Positions 10,848 to 20,145 of a stretch of DNA of 41,861 nucleotides are shown in pieces (within the stretch, counting starts at the first letter, position 1; every line of letters starts with the position of its first letter). The notes under the pieces are model-generated. The model was not told the origin of the DNA and did no database searches. It saw nothing but the letters and a program-made list of their open reading frames with translations. The position numbers were made by a program, and so were the translations under genes. Origin of the DNA: a virus (taxonomy: Duplodnaviria > Caudoviricetes); IMG/VR virus record IMGVR_UViG_3300044723_010973, positions 1 to 41,861 of that record; one strand, 5' to 3'.

Positions 10848-11282
10848 ATGGCTTATAAAGGTAAATTTAAACCTAAAAATTATTACAAGTATTTAGGTAA
10901 CCCTACAAACATTATTTATAGAAGTTTATGGGAATGTAAACTTATGTCTTATTTAGATAGCCATCCTGATGTTATTGGATGGGCTAGTGAAGAGATAGCT
11001 ATACCTTATAAAAGCCCTATTGATAATAGAAGGCATAGATATTATCCAGATTTTTATGTTAAGCGAAAAATAAACGGAAAATTAAAAGAGTCATTAATTG
11101 AGGTTAAGCCTTACAAACAAACTATCCCACCTAAGATGTCCGCTAAACCAAACAAAAAGTATTTAACAGAAGTTAAAGCATATGGTATAAATGAAGCAAA
11201 GTGGATAGCAGCTCAAAGCTATTGTAAAGATAGAGGATGGGATTTTAAAATTATGACTGAAAAAGAATTAGGGATTAAGTAA
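10848..11282 (+). CDS. gp4: Head completion nuclease gp4
   Basis: MAYKGKFKPKN..KY.GNP.NIIYRSLWE, WASEEIAIPY, RYYPDF, IEVKP..QT, NEAKW.AA; start moved to MAYKG behind the late promoter. Confidence 0.93.
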   Translation: MAYKGKFKPKNYYKYLGNPTNIIYRSLWECKLMSYLDSHPDVIGWASEEIAIPYKSPIDNRRHRYYPDFYVKRKINGKLKESLIEVKPYKQTIPPKMSAKPNKKYLTEVKAYGINEAKWIAAQSYCKDRGWDFKIMTEKELGIK

Positions 11283-11932
11283 TGGCATTAAAATTTTTAT
11301 TTCAAAAAGTATTAAAAGACGCTGCTTTACTTAATATAGCTGCAAGTGTTAATAAGCGTTCAAGAGAATATTTTATAAGTAAAGCTAAAGAGATCGAGAA
11401 TCAAAGGCCTAATCGTATTTTAGATAGAAAAGATATAAAGGACAACTTACAATCTGAATTGCCATTTAAACCAGGTGATATTTTTCTTTTTAATTATTAT
11501 CCCAAAAATGCTGAAAATGAAAAAAAGCTTCCTTATTATGATAGGTACCCACTAATACTTTTATTAGATATTCAACCTGAATTTATACTTGGTCTTAATT
11601 TTCATTACTTACCATATCTTGAAAGAGCAATATTATTATCACAATTATACAGGTATTTAAGTGAAGATCAAATAACTGTTGATAATATACCATCAGTATT
11701 AGGAGAAAAAGCATTCGTTGATATAGATTATACTAAAGTGCAAAATTTAAACGTACCTAAGAAATATTGGAAGCCATGTTTTAAAAAGTACCTAAATAAT
11801 AATATAAGGGGTAAAATGCTTAAAGTACATCCACAAGAGTGGGATATATTATTGCAATTACCTTTAGAAAGATTTGTTAGAGCAAACAGACAGACAGTTT
11901 GGAGAGAATCCAACGTTAAATGGAATAAGTAA
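11282..11932 (+). CDS. gp2: DNA end protector gp2
   Basis: LPYYDRYPL, GLNFHYLP..R, PCFKKYL, W.....LP.ERF motifs. Confidence 0.88.
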   Translation: MALKFLFQKVLKDAALLNIAASVNKRSREYFISKAKEIENQRPNRILDRKDIKDNLQSELPFKPGDIFLFNYYPKNAENEKKLPYYDRYPLILLLDIQPEFILGLNFHYLPYLERAILLSQLYRYLSEDQITVDNIPSVLGEKAFVDIDYTKVQNLNVPKKYWKPCFKKYLNNNIRGKMLKVHPQEWDILLQLPLERFVRANRQTVWRESNVKWNK

Positions 11933-12720
11933 TGGCTTTCAATGTAAATGATATAAAAGCAAAAATACATGGTATGAGCGGGCTTCAAGTCCCAAACTTA
12001 TGTCGTTTAAAATTTTCAGCTAAAAATCCAACGCAAATTAATACTTTTGCTGGAACTGAAAATTTAGATGCGTTAAGCCTTTTAGGGTATAAATTTCAAG
12101 TACCTAATCTTACAATAGCTACTACAGAAATAAAAAGACAGGGTTTTGGACCAATAGAAAGAAGAGCTAATAATTACGTTCCAAGTACATTAGCTGTAGA
12201 ATTATTTTTAGACAATAATAATTTAGTGTTAGATTTTCTTAACAACTGGGCATTAGCTCACGTTCAATACCAGCCTGCAGGTCTAGATACAGTAAAAATG
12301 AAACAAGGTACTGAAGCATTTTTTGGACAAGTAGGTTATTTTGATGATTATGCTATGGATTTAGATATAGAAATTTATGATCCTAGAGAGAATATAATAG
12401 TTAATTATAAAGTAATAGATGCTATTATATCTAATCTAGGTACAATTGAACTAGGTTGGCAGCAAAATAATGAGCTAACTACTATATCATTACAATTAAG
12501 CTACAGAGGAATTATACCATCTACTACAAAAGCTCCTTCTGGTAAAGACGGGGATAGAGGTTTAAACTTATTCCAATTTGTATCAAAAATGAAAGGGGCA
12601 GTAGAAGTAGTAAAAAGTTTTGAAAAACCTTCAAACGTTCAAGATGCATTAAACTTATTGAATAATGCAAAAACTCTAGGTTCTGGATTTACGGGTGGTT
12701 CAGAAGCTGATAAATTTTAA
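11932..12720 (+). CDS. Tail tube initiator / tube-fold protein (gp54-like)
   Basis: Tube-like pattern (FLNNW, GYFDDYAMD, LGTIELGW...L.Y); lies between gp2 and gp26. Confidence 0.6.
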   Translation: MAFNVNDIKAKIHGMSGLQVPNLCRLKFSAKNPTQINTFAGTENLDALSLLGYKFQVPNLTIATTEIKRQGFGPIERRANNYVPSTLAVELFLDNNNLVLDFLNNWALAHVQYQPAGLDTVKMKQGTEAFFGQVGYFDDYAMDLDIEIYDPRENIIVNYKVIDAIISNLGTIELGWQQNNELTTISLQLSYRGIIPSTTKAPSGKDGDRGLNLFQFVSKMKGAVEVVKSFEKPSNVQDALNLLNNAKTLGSGFTGGSEADKF

Positions 12721-12734
12721 TATGGAGAAATATT

Positions 12735-13475
12735 ATGTTACCTAAAATTGATGCGCCTCAATTTAATATTGAATTGCCGGTGAGTAAAAAATCTGTTAAG
12801 GTTAGACCTTTTACAGTAAAAGAAGAAAAGATCTTACTTTTTGCACAGCAAGAAGAGAAAGATAAGAGTATTATTGAAGCTATTATACAAGTTATTAATA
12901 ACTGTGTATTAGATAAAACAAAAGTTGAACTTCTTAATACTTTTGAACTAGAGTATTTATTTATTAAGTTAAGAGCAATATCTGTTAATCAAATTATTAC
13001 TTTAAACATAAAAGACGAAGAGTTATCAACAGAAGAAGAGCCAGTATGGGATAAAGCTGAATTTGATTTAGATGATATGGAAATTAAATTCGCTACTAAA
13101 GAGGCTGAAAGTAAAATAGAACTTAATGATACTTATATGATTAAGTTGAGATACCCTTCATATAATACAATAGGTAAATTTAGTAAAGAAGCATTATCAG
13201 ATAAACCAGCAAGTCAAATTGCTGTAGAGCTAGTAGGTAGTGTTATTGAATCAGTTTACTCAAAAGATGGTAAAGAAGTATTTTTACTAGATGATTACAC
13301 TGATGAAGAAAGAGAAGAATTTTATTCAAGTTTGTCGACAGCAAACTTTGCAAAAGTACAAGAATTTATGGCGTCAGCACCATACATTTATGGTGAATTA
13401 AAATATGAAAATAGTAAAGGTGAGACAGTAATTAAAGAGCTGAAAGGGTTGAGTGATTTTTTTATGTTAGCCTAA
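12735..13475 (+). CDS. gp26: Baseplate hub assembly protein gp26
   Basis: MLPKI..P...IELP.SKK.VKVRPFTVKEEKILL, FELEYLFIKLRAISV, C-terminal LKGLSDFF. Confidence 0.92.
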   Translation: MLPKIDAPQFNIELPVSKKSVKVRPFTVKEEKILLFAQQEEKDKSIIEAIIQVINNCVLDKTKVELLNTFELEYLFIKLRAISVNQIITLNIKDEELSTEEEPVWDKAEFDLDDMEIKFATKEAESKIELNDTYMIKLRYPSYNTIGKFSKEALSDKPASQIAVELVGSVIESVYSKDGKEVFLLDDYTDEEREEFYSSLSTANFAKVQEFMASAPYIYGELKYENSKGETVIKELKGLSDFFMLA

Positions 13476-13645
13476 GCCACACGGACTTAGGTTCTCATTA
13501 TCAATTGCAGTTTAACCTTATGCAGCATCATAAATACTCTTTAACGGAGATTGAAAATATGTATCCGTTTGAGCGAGAGTTATATACAGAAATGTTAATG
13601 GATTATTTGAAAGCTCAAGAGGAAGCAAGAAAGAGGAACAAATAA
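13457..13645 (+). CDS. gp51: Baseplate hub assembly catalyst gp51 (no convincing start codon; possibly reached by -1 frameshift from gp26)
   Basis: Not in the ORF track; the -1 frame reads FFYVSLSHTDLGSHYQLQFNLMQHHKYSLTEIENMYPFERELYTEMLMDYLKAQEEARKRNK*, with the gp51 signature LMQHHKYSLTEIENMxPxER. Confidence 0.85.
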   Translation, partial: FFYVSLSHTDLGSHYQLQFNLMQHHKYSLTEIENMYPFERELYTEMLMDYLKAQEEARKRNK

Positions 13646-14013
13646 TGGCAAAAGATAATGACAGAAATGAAGTCGAAATAGATCTTGATAAGTATATGGC
13701 TCTAATCGAAAAGATTGACAGCCAAGAAGATGTAATAAAGGAATTAAAAGATGAAGCAGAAGCAGCAAGAAAGCAGCTTGCTCCACCTAAAAGAAAATTC
13801 ATGGATCTATTTTTAGATGATAATGACGTAAATGAAAAGGCAATAATAGGTTTTATTTCATTTAGTTTAATGACCATATTTGGAATCTGTGATTTAATTA
13901 CAGCTTTCATGGGTCAAGATCTAGTTATATCTGATACTATTTACACATCATTTGTTGTAGTAACACTTGGTGCGTTTGGTATTAGTGAAGCTGGTAAAGC
14001 ATTCGGAAAATAA
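13645..14013 (+). CDS. Small membrane protein: N-terminal coiled coil plus two TM helices
   Basis: Hydrophobic segments AIIGFISFSLMTIFGICDLI and TIYTSFVVVTLGAFGI. Confidence 0.7.
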   Translation: MAKDNDRNEVEIDLDKYMALIEKIDSQEDVIKELKDEAEAARKQLAPPKRKFMDLFLDDNDVNEKAIIGFISFSLMTIFGICDLITAFMGQDLVISDTIYTSFVVVTLGAFGISEAGKAFGK

Positions 14014-14016
14014 TAA

Positions 14017-16404
14017 ATGGCTGAGGACAATAAAGGCGGAGGTACTTTTAACCAACCTAAAATTGGTAAAAAACCTTTGCCTAAAGGTTCTGGTGATTTA
14101 AAAACAAACTCGCAAGTGTTTGGCCTTATTGGTCAGCAAGTAATGCGTATTAATAAGCTTAGTGCAGCTGTTGAAAACAGTAATTATTCCCTTATAGAAG
14201 TATTAAGAGAAGAGTTTGATGCAAGTCATGCAATAGGCGAAAAACAATTAGCTGTTTACAAAGAAGTAAACAAATCTCTACTATCTATCAACGATAGTTT
14301 ATTACCATTTAAACAACTTTCTTTAGAATTAATGGAAGAAGGTGTTGGTGGTTCAAAAACCGGTACTGGTAGCTCAACAGATGCAACTATAGGTGTTAAG
14401 GTTACACCAAGTTCTGGTGCTCAAGTAGAAGCATTAGAAAAGAAATTATTAAAGCTTGAAAAGTCCTTAGAACGTTTAGGAGGTAAAAAAGGTGGCGGTG
14501 GTTTCTTAGGGGGTGCAGCTTTAGGTGGTATTGCAGCCAGAACTGGGGGTGCTATGGCTGGTGGAGCTGCTGGAGGATCTTTAGGCGGTGCTGCTTTAGG
14601 TTTATTAGGTGGTGTCGGGTTAGGGTTAGCCGCTATAACTGGTGCTCTTTATTTAGGAGCAATGGCAGTAGATAAATTTGGTACTGGATTACAAAATGTG
14701 GCTACTGGTTTAGATGCTCTTGATAAACTAGATATAACAGCAGATAACTTTAAAAATCTTAATGAAGCAATTAAAAATTTATCAGATGATGTAAGTGTTA
14801 GAGGTGCTAGAGGTCTTAGAATATTTTCAGGCGCTGCGTTTATTGATATGGCAAGGGGTCTTGAAGCTCTCAATAATACAGAATTGGATGCTGAGAATTT
14901 TAAAGTACTTCAAGAGGCAATATATCGACTATCTACATCTACTACTGGTTTAGGTGCTATAGGATTAAAAATATTCTCTGGCGTAGCATTTGAAGAAATA
15001 GCCAGAGGTATGACAGTTTTAAGTGAAACTGACTTTGATCAACAAGGTTTAAAAGATGCTGCTGATGGTTTAGGTTATTTAATGAAGCAGCTTGATCAAT
15101 TTAAAGCATCAGTTGCAATTCAAATTTTAAGTGGAGCTGATTTAAAAAATCTTTCTGAAGGACTACGTGATTTAGACGGTCTTAGTGATTTAAGCGATCT
15201 TAAAGGTAATCTGTTAAATGCAGGTGATGCAATTGGGAGCTTCTTATTAACATTTGTAGATACTGAAAGATTTTTTGGAAGTGATTTTAAAGACGGTGCT
15301 AAAGTAATTGAAAGATTAGGTAAAGGCAATGCTTTAGGGCATTTAGCAGACGGTATTGTTACATTATCTGAAATAAAGAATCCTGATGATGCATCATTTG
15401 CATTAACTACGTTAGGTGTAGGTTTAAGTAATTTACTTAAGCAAATGAATTATATTAATGTAGGAGCTATGAAGTGGTTAACCTCAGATTCATTTAAAGA
15501 TGTAGCTGACGGTATTAATGAAATAATGATGTTTACTAATGCAACTAGAGAGGTATTAAATCCAGACGGTACTACATCTTTAGTAAGAAATGCTGATTTA
15601 GTAGCTAGTGACTTTGAAGAAGTAGGAAAGGCATTATCAAGTATTAATGATAGTGTTACCTATATGGGCACATATAATTTAAAAGTTTTAGCAAAGGGTA
15701 AAGGCGGCTTTTTTGGTGATAATATCAATGTATTAAATGAAGTAGCTGAGGGCCTTCAAAGCCTTCAAAATATAAAAGATTTTGATGTAGATAAATTTAT
15801 AGGTATAGGTACTGCTCTATATACATTAGTAACAGCTGCAAGGGGAGAAGGCTTAAGTGATGTATTTAGTAGTGAATCTGATATGAGTGCCTTTGACAAA
15901 TATTTAATTTCATGGGATTTTGCAGTAAAATCATTTGCTGGACTATTTAGAAATCCATTACAAGATACTGCAACCGGTTTTCAACTTTTAGGTAAAGCAT
16001 TAGATGAATATAAAAATTTAGATGAAAATAAACTAGCTAATTTTGAAAGAGCTGTCCCTGCACTTAAAAGAGCTATTGTACTTTTACAAGATAAAAATAT
16101 AGGTGAGAACGCTAATTTTGCTGTTCTTTCTAGATTCGGTAAAGCGTTAGATAAAATTAATCCAAATAATCTTAGGGCTATATCAGAATTATCAGAATCA
16201 TTAGGTCTAGCTGTAAGAGGTATGCCTATAACACCTGATCAAGTAAGTGCTTTAAAAAATTCAGTAGTTAGTGAAATATTATATTCTCAACAAGTTAACG
16301 TTATGGAAGGTAGTACATCAGTAATTGATAACACTCAAATAACAACTCCATACCAAGGTCAACTTGGTTCATATCAACCTGCAGTAATTCACGTTTCAAA
16401 ATAA
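14017..16404 (+). CDS. Probable tape measure / gp29-like protein
   Basis: 795 aa, Ala/Gly-rich helical repeats, Gly-rich hydrophobic segment; downstream of gp26/gp51. Confidence 0.65.
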   Translation: MAEDNKGGGTFNQPKIGKKPLPKGSGDLKTNSQVFGLIGQQVMRINKLSAAVENSNYSLIEVLREEFDASHAIGEKQLAVYKEVNKSLLSINDSLLPFKQLSLELMEEGVGGSKTGTGSSTDATIGVKVTPSSGAQVEALEKKLLKLEKSLERLGGKKGGGGFLGGAALGGIAARTGGAMAGGAAGGSLGGAALGLLGGVGLGLAAITGALYLGAMAVDKFGTGLQNVATGLDALDKLDITADNFKNLNEAIKNLSDDVSVRGARGLRIFSGAAFIDMARGLEALNNTELDAENFKVLQEAIYRLSTSTTGLGAIGLKIFSGVAFEEIARGMTVLSETDFDQQGLKDAADGLGYLMKQLDQFKASVAIQILSGADLKNLSEGLRDLDGLSDLSDLKGNLLNAGDAIGSFLLTFVDTERFFGSDFKDGAKVIERLGKGNALGHLADGIVTLSEIKNPDDASFALTTLGVGLSNLLKQMNYINVGAMKWLTSDSFKDVADGINEIMMFTNATREVLNPDGTTSLVRNADLVASDFEEVGKALSSINDSVTYMGTYNLKVLAKGKGGFFGDNINVLNEVAEGLQSLQNIKDFDVDKFIGIGTALYTLVTAARGEGLSDVFSSESDMSAFDKYLISWDFAVKSFAGLFRNPLQDTATGFQLLGKALDEYKNLDENKLANFERAVPALKRAIVLLQDKNIGENANFAVLSRFGKALDKINPNNLRAISELSESLGLAVRGMPITPDQVSALKNSVVSEILYSQQVNVMEGSTSVIDNTQITTPYQGQLGSYQPAVIHVSK

Positions 16405-16405
16405 T

Positions 16406-16482
16406 TGGCGCGCCTACCAGGAGTCGAACCTGGAACCTACAGCTTAGAAGGCTGTTGCTCTATCCAATTGAGCTATAGGCGC
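16406..16482 (-). tRNA. tRNA-Arg (anticodon TCT)
   Basis: Reverse complement GCGCCTATAGCTCAATTGGATAGAGCAACAGCCT-TCT-AAGCTGTAGGTTCCAGGTTCGACTCCTGGTAGGCGCG-CCA forms a cloverleaf with GTTCGA T-loop and encoded CCA. Confidence 0.96.
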
Positions 16483-16488
16483 TCAAAC

Positions 16489-16517
16489 AAAAAAATGGGG
16501 CAGCATGATACCGCCCC
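16489..16517 (-). terminator. Intrinsic terminator after gp32
   Basis: GGGGCGGTA-TCA-TGCTGCCCC stem followed by ATTTTTTT on the - strand. Confidence 0.7.
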
Positions 16518-16531
16518 CAGAAGAGAATTAG

Positions 16532-17434
16532 CTATTCAGCTAATTTTTGAAAAAACGACATTGTGTCGTCATCATCAGAATCAGAAGAAAGAGGAATATC
16601 TTCGTCAGCTGACGTAGTTGGAATCGATGGTGCAACTGCCTCAGGTTGAGGTTGAGGTGCTGATGCAACAGTTCCAGCTGCTTCACCTAAAGCTAAAACT
16701 CTATAGAGCTTAGTCTTTAATTCATCATATGACTTGAAGTTTTCGGTAGTAGTAAACTCATTAAGAGCATGCTCTGATTTCCAAACATTTTCAAGTAAGC
16801 TGTCATCATCGCTCAGCGGCGCTGAACTATCAAATTCCGACTTATCATAATTCCTGTAACCTTCTACATTACGTATTTTAAGCTTGAAGTCAGCTCCAGC
16901 CCAAAGGTCAAACGGGTTAACAGGTTTTTCATCTTCAAATTGTGGATTCATAAGATCATTTAATTTCTCAAAGATCTTTTTACCATATTTGTAGAGGAAT
17001 ACTTTACCTTCATTTTCAGGTCTAGTAGGGTCTTTAACAATATAGATATTAGAATAAAAAGAAAGCCTTCTTTTATATTTTCTAACTAAATCTTTATTAG
17101 CTTCAATACCTGAATTCCAAAGCATAGTATTATACTCTGATACAGGATCTTTCTGACCAATAGTTGTTAAAGATTTTTCGATATACCATTGTCCAGTAGG
17201 GCCTTGAAAACCATGATCCCACACTCTTACGAATGGAACATCTTCGCCTTCTGGTGCTGGTAAAAATCTGATAACTGCATAGCCATTACCTGCTTTATCC
17301 ACATCAGGTTTCCAGATTCTATCGTCTGGTCCGTTCTGCTTCTTAGGACTGCTATCCAGTTTAGTGAGTGCCTCGGTGAGTTTGTTTAGCTCAGAAGCCG
17401 AGTTCTTCTTAAGTGCTTCAAATGATTGCGACAT
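16532..17434 (-). CDS. gp32: Single-stranded DNA-binding protein gp32
   Basis: DDRIWKP..DKAGNGYAVIRFLPAP, HGFQGPTGQWYIE.SLTT, KYGKKIF, GADFKLKIR, acidic tail ending FFQKLAE. Confidence 0.97.
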   Translation of the reverse strand: MSQSFEALKKNSASELNKLTEALTKLDSSPKKQNGPDDRIWKPDVDKAGNGYAVIRFLPAPEGEDVPFVRVWDHGFQGPTGQWYIEKSLTTIGQKDPVSEYNTMLWNSGIEANKDLVRKYKRRLSFYSNIYIVKDPTRPENEGKVFLYKYGKKIFEKLNDLMNPQFEDEKPVNPFDLWAGADFKLKIRNVEGYRNYDKSEFDSSAPLSDDDSLLENVWKSEHALNEFTTTENFKSYDELKTKLYRVLALGEAAGTVASAPQPQPEAVAPSIPTTSADEDIPLSSDSDDDDTMSFFQKLAE

Positions 17435-17481
17435 ATTATTCTCCTTGCGTATTGCGGCATATATTGCGGTTTATTTGCGGT

Positions 17482-18075
17482 TTATCTATCATTAAAATAA
17501 TCCAAAGTAATGGTCTTAAACTTATCTAAATCTATAGATAGAAAAGGCCTATACTTGGTTATTATAGTATATTTATCTTCCCAGATCAAGTCTTTTTGTA
17601 AATATTTGTTCCAAGTTTTACTATAATTCACTAGCATATCAAGTATGCACATTGTTTCAATACAAACTTCATTTCTTAAATATAACCTAAGCAAATGCGG
17701 ATGGCCATACTTTTCGACAGCAAAGTTTTTATCAAAATTATCATCAAGATTACTTAACTCGTTTTTAAAAGTATAAGTTAAAGCTTCTTGTCTTTTTTTC
17801 CAGTTACGATATACATCTTCCGGTGCAGATTCTCTTAATTCACCAATCCAGAAATCTTTATCACCGTCAACTATATTAGCTAACAGAAAATTTTCAACAT
17901 CTTTATGTTTAGATAATTTCATAAAGAAGTATTTGTCTTTTCTAATATTAAAAGCATGCTCAGATGCTCTTACTTTACCATTGTATGTAAAATAATTATA
18001 ATGTTCTGTAGTAAAATGCTGTTTAAGAGCAAGATATTTTATATAGACCTCATAAGGGGATATCGTACTCTTCAT
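17482..18075 (-). CDS. gp59: Helicase loader gp59
   Basis: YEVY.KYLALKQHFT...YNYF.YNGK, RKDKYFF.KLS, HP.LL..YL, KY.PFL; start set at MKSTISP; adjacent to gp32. Confidence 0.9.
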   Translation of the reverse strand: MKSTISPYEVYIKYLALKQHFTTEHYNYFTYNGKVRASEHAFNIRKDKYFFMKLSKHKDVENFLLANIVDGDKDFWIGELRESAPEDVYRNWKKRQEALTYTFKNELSNLDDNFDKNFAVEKYGHPHLLRLYLRNEVCIETMCILDMLVNYSKTWNKYLQKDLIWEDKYTIITKYRPFLSIDLDKFKTITLDYFNDR

Positions 18076-18760
18076 AGTACCTCTTAAATCTATCGAATCC
18101 TTCTGAAGGGACTTGATCGTTTGTGCTCCACCAATCATAAAATTCCTCTAAATCATATAGCCAGAAAATAGCTGAATATCTTATTCCTTCAGTAACAGGA
18201 GTAACTCCATGAAACATTTTTGAATTAAACATAACAGTATCACCTAAATTTAAATCAACGTTATTAGCAACCGATTCATGATGAACAGGTCGATCACCAT
18301 CAGGTTGAATTTTAAAGTCACCTCCATTATAATCGCTTTTATTGTTAAGTGCAATGGTTATTGAAACTTTTCTTTTAGGACGTGAATTAAAAATATAAAA
18401 TTGTTCTGGATCTGTGATACGGTTACCATCACCGTCAACATAGACAGTATAATCAATATCATCCATATGATAATCAAATTTGGCTTTTAATCTTGAATCA
18501 TATTTAAGAATACTAATACTTTCATTAGTATAGAATTTTTTATTAAAAAGCTCGTTAGCTTTTTTGATAACTTTAGCAGCTATTGGTCCAGTACAATTAT
18601 AATTTATACCTGAAACTTCTGTAATTCTAGCCGACTCATAAGTAATAGTACTACCACCTTCATCCAGTGCTGAAGCACGATCCCAACCACTATCTTTAAG
18701 AGAAAATAAGTCACTTATTTCTTCTCTAGAAAGAAGATTTTTAATAATAATACTTTTCAT
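18050..18760 (-). CDS. 2OG-Fe(II) oxygenase
   Basis: HMD, RKVSITIAL...YNGGDF, HGVTPVTEGIRYS. Confidence 0.88.
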   Translation of the reverse strand: MKSIIIKNLLSREEISDLFSLKDSGWDRASALDEGGSTITYESARITEVSGINYNCTGPIAAKVIKKANELFNKKFYTNESISILKYDSRLKAKFDYHMDDIDYTVYVDGDGNRITDPEQFYIFNSRPKRKVSITIALNNKSDYNGGDFKIQPDGDRPVHHESVANNVDLNLGDTVMFNSKMFHGVTPVTEGIRYSAIFWLYDLEEFYDWWSTNDQVPSEGFDRFKRYYEEYDIPL

Positions 18761-19023
18761 TAAATCGGTAGTTTATTACCTGATGCTTTTAAGAGTTTTT
18801 TGCCTTCAGATTCTGCTGCGAGTTTAGCTTTTAAAACATGGCTATTTTTTACTAAAGAAGCGATTGTTTCAATCTCTACGTTATTTTGCTCAGAATAGTG
18901 AGTAAGAGCGTCTAAATAGCCTATTTTCTTATCATTTACAAATGTTTCAATAGATAGAGCAAAGTCTTTTACTGTAATTATTTTTTCATCAATTTGTTGT
19001 TGGATTGTTTTTTTATCCTGCAT
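18760..19023 (-). CDS. gp33: Late transcription coactivator gp33
   Basis: FALSIE..V......YLDAL..Y...N.VEIETIA.L....LKAKL..E...LL....KLPI. Confidence 0.85.
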   Translation of the reverse strand: MQDKKTIQQQIDEKIITVKDFALSIETFVNDKKIGYLDALTHYSEQNNVEIETIASLVKNSHVLKAKLAAESEGKKLLKASGNKLPI

Positions 19024-19459
19024 TTCTCATTCTTTCAACTAACCTTACTGATCTGTTACCAACTTGATTATACCATCTCGAGTCCATCATTTGATTAGCT
19101 GCCTCATTATAATTTTCTTCATTAAGAGCTCCAATAAATTTTTTAAATTTACTTAATCGAGTTCTTCCCATATTAAACATCATATTAATAAGTATCTCTT
19201 GTACTTCATCTAACTTTTCATCAAAGTCAGGAAATAACACTTTACACTCATTAACAGTAACTTCAAGATCATGATCAAATACTTCTAAGCATCTTTCTTC
19301 AGATACAGGAGTACCAACATCTTGGCCATGTTCTGGATCTGTTTCTAAAACTAAGTGACCGATACCAAAGGTTGGATAACCTAGGTGATCAAGATAAATT
19401 TCATGAACAATACCTTCATCTATTTTAAGCTGCTCAATTACTTTTTCTTTGTTATACAT
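19013..19459 (-). CDS. T4-type lysozyme (GH24), probable endolysin
   Basis: LKIDEG...EIYLDHLGYPTFGIGHL, NMMFNMG, MMDSRWYNQVGNRS.RL. Confidence 0.9.
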   Translation of the reverse strand: MYNKEKVIEQLKIDEGIVHEIYLDHLGYPTFGIGHLVLETDPEHGQDVGTPVSEERCLEVFDHDLEVTVNECKVLFPDFDEKLDEVQEILINMMFNMGRTRLSKFKKFIGALNEENYNEAANQMMDSRWYNQVGNRSVRLVERMRNAG

Positions 19460-19515
19460 ATTTACTCCGTATATTATATAATATATTATGTGTTAGTTCA
19501 ACTATTTATTTAACC

Positions 19516-20145
19516 TTAAAGAGTACTTACTTTAGGACATCTCTCCTGATATTTTTTAACTTTATCAATTAATCTATAATTGTGATAAGCAACTAAAGCT
19601 ATCATTCCTGTTGCCCACATAATGTCTTCATTTTGTACAACATATCTATTATAATCTGGATGGTAGATAGGATATAATGTAATTGCTTTATGTGCTATCA
19701 ATCTTTCTAGTGATGGTCTGTTTGGTAATAATGGATTGGCTTCATATGTGCATTCATACTTCATTGCTTGATTCGTATAATGCACATCAGCTATATTTAC
19801 AAGAGTTAAAGCTACCCACCAATACCAATCAGCTGGTTCTAACCAGTCTTTCTTAATTGACAGTGTAAATGGTGACAGGCTCTGTCTTTCCTTTGACAGT
19901 GATGGTATCGACTTTATTGAATTTTCCAGATGTACTTGCTTTATGAGTGAACTCCGATAGCAACAAGTCCACCCCATCGTAATTTCGTGTTTGGCTTTCG
20001 AGTCTAGCTGCAAGGTTGACGGCATCTCCAATGACGGAATAGTCAAATCTAACTTCTGATCCCATGTTTCCGACGATGCAGTCACCTGTATTGACACCAA
20101 TGCCAACATTGATAGGAGGCAAGCCGAGAGGTTTAAGTTCTTCAT
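19516..20145 (-). CDS. Putative exported/membrane protein overlapping the cyclase 3' end (start uncertain: 20166, 20145 or 19977)
   Basis: Signal-peptide-like MKNLNLSACLLSMLALVSIQVTAS; non-overlapping part has ADVHYT...EANPLL and two hydrophobic helices. Confidence 0.6.
   Translation of the reverse strand: MKNLNLSACLLSMLALVSIQVTASSETWDQKLDLTIPSLEMPSTLQLDSKAKHEITMGWTCCYRSSLIKQVHLENSIKSIPSLSKERQSLSPFTLSIKKDWLEPADWYWWVALTLVNIADVHYTNQAMKYECTYEANPLLPNRPSLERLIAHKAITLYPIYHPDYNRYVVQNEDIMWATGMIALVAYHNYRLIDKVKKYQERCPKVSTL

Noticed and set aside
14481-14660. Gly-rich GGT/GGC run as a DNA repeat or collagen-like domain
   Set aside because: Low-complexity Gly/Ala hydrophobic segment of the tape-measure-like protein without Gly-X-Y periodicity
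13518-15329. - strand ORFs 13518-13910, 13595-13786, 14649-14873, 15120-15329
   Set aside because: Antisense to gp51, the membrane protein and the tape measure; no motifs
16405-16617. 70-aa + strand ORF
   Set aside because: Antisense shadow of tRNA-Arg and the gp32 3' end
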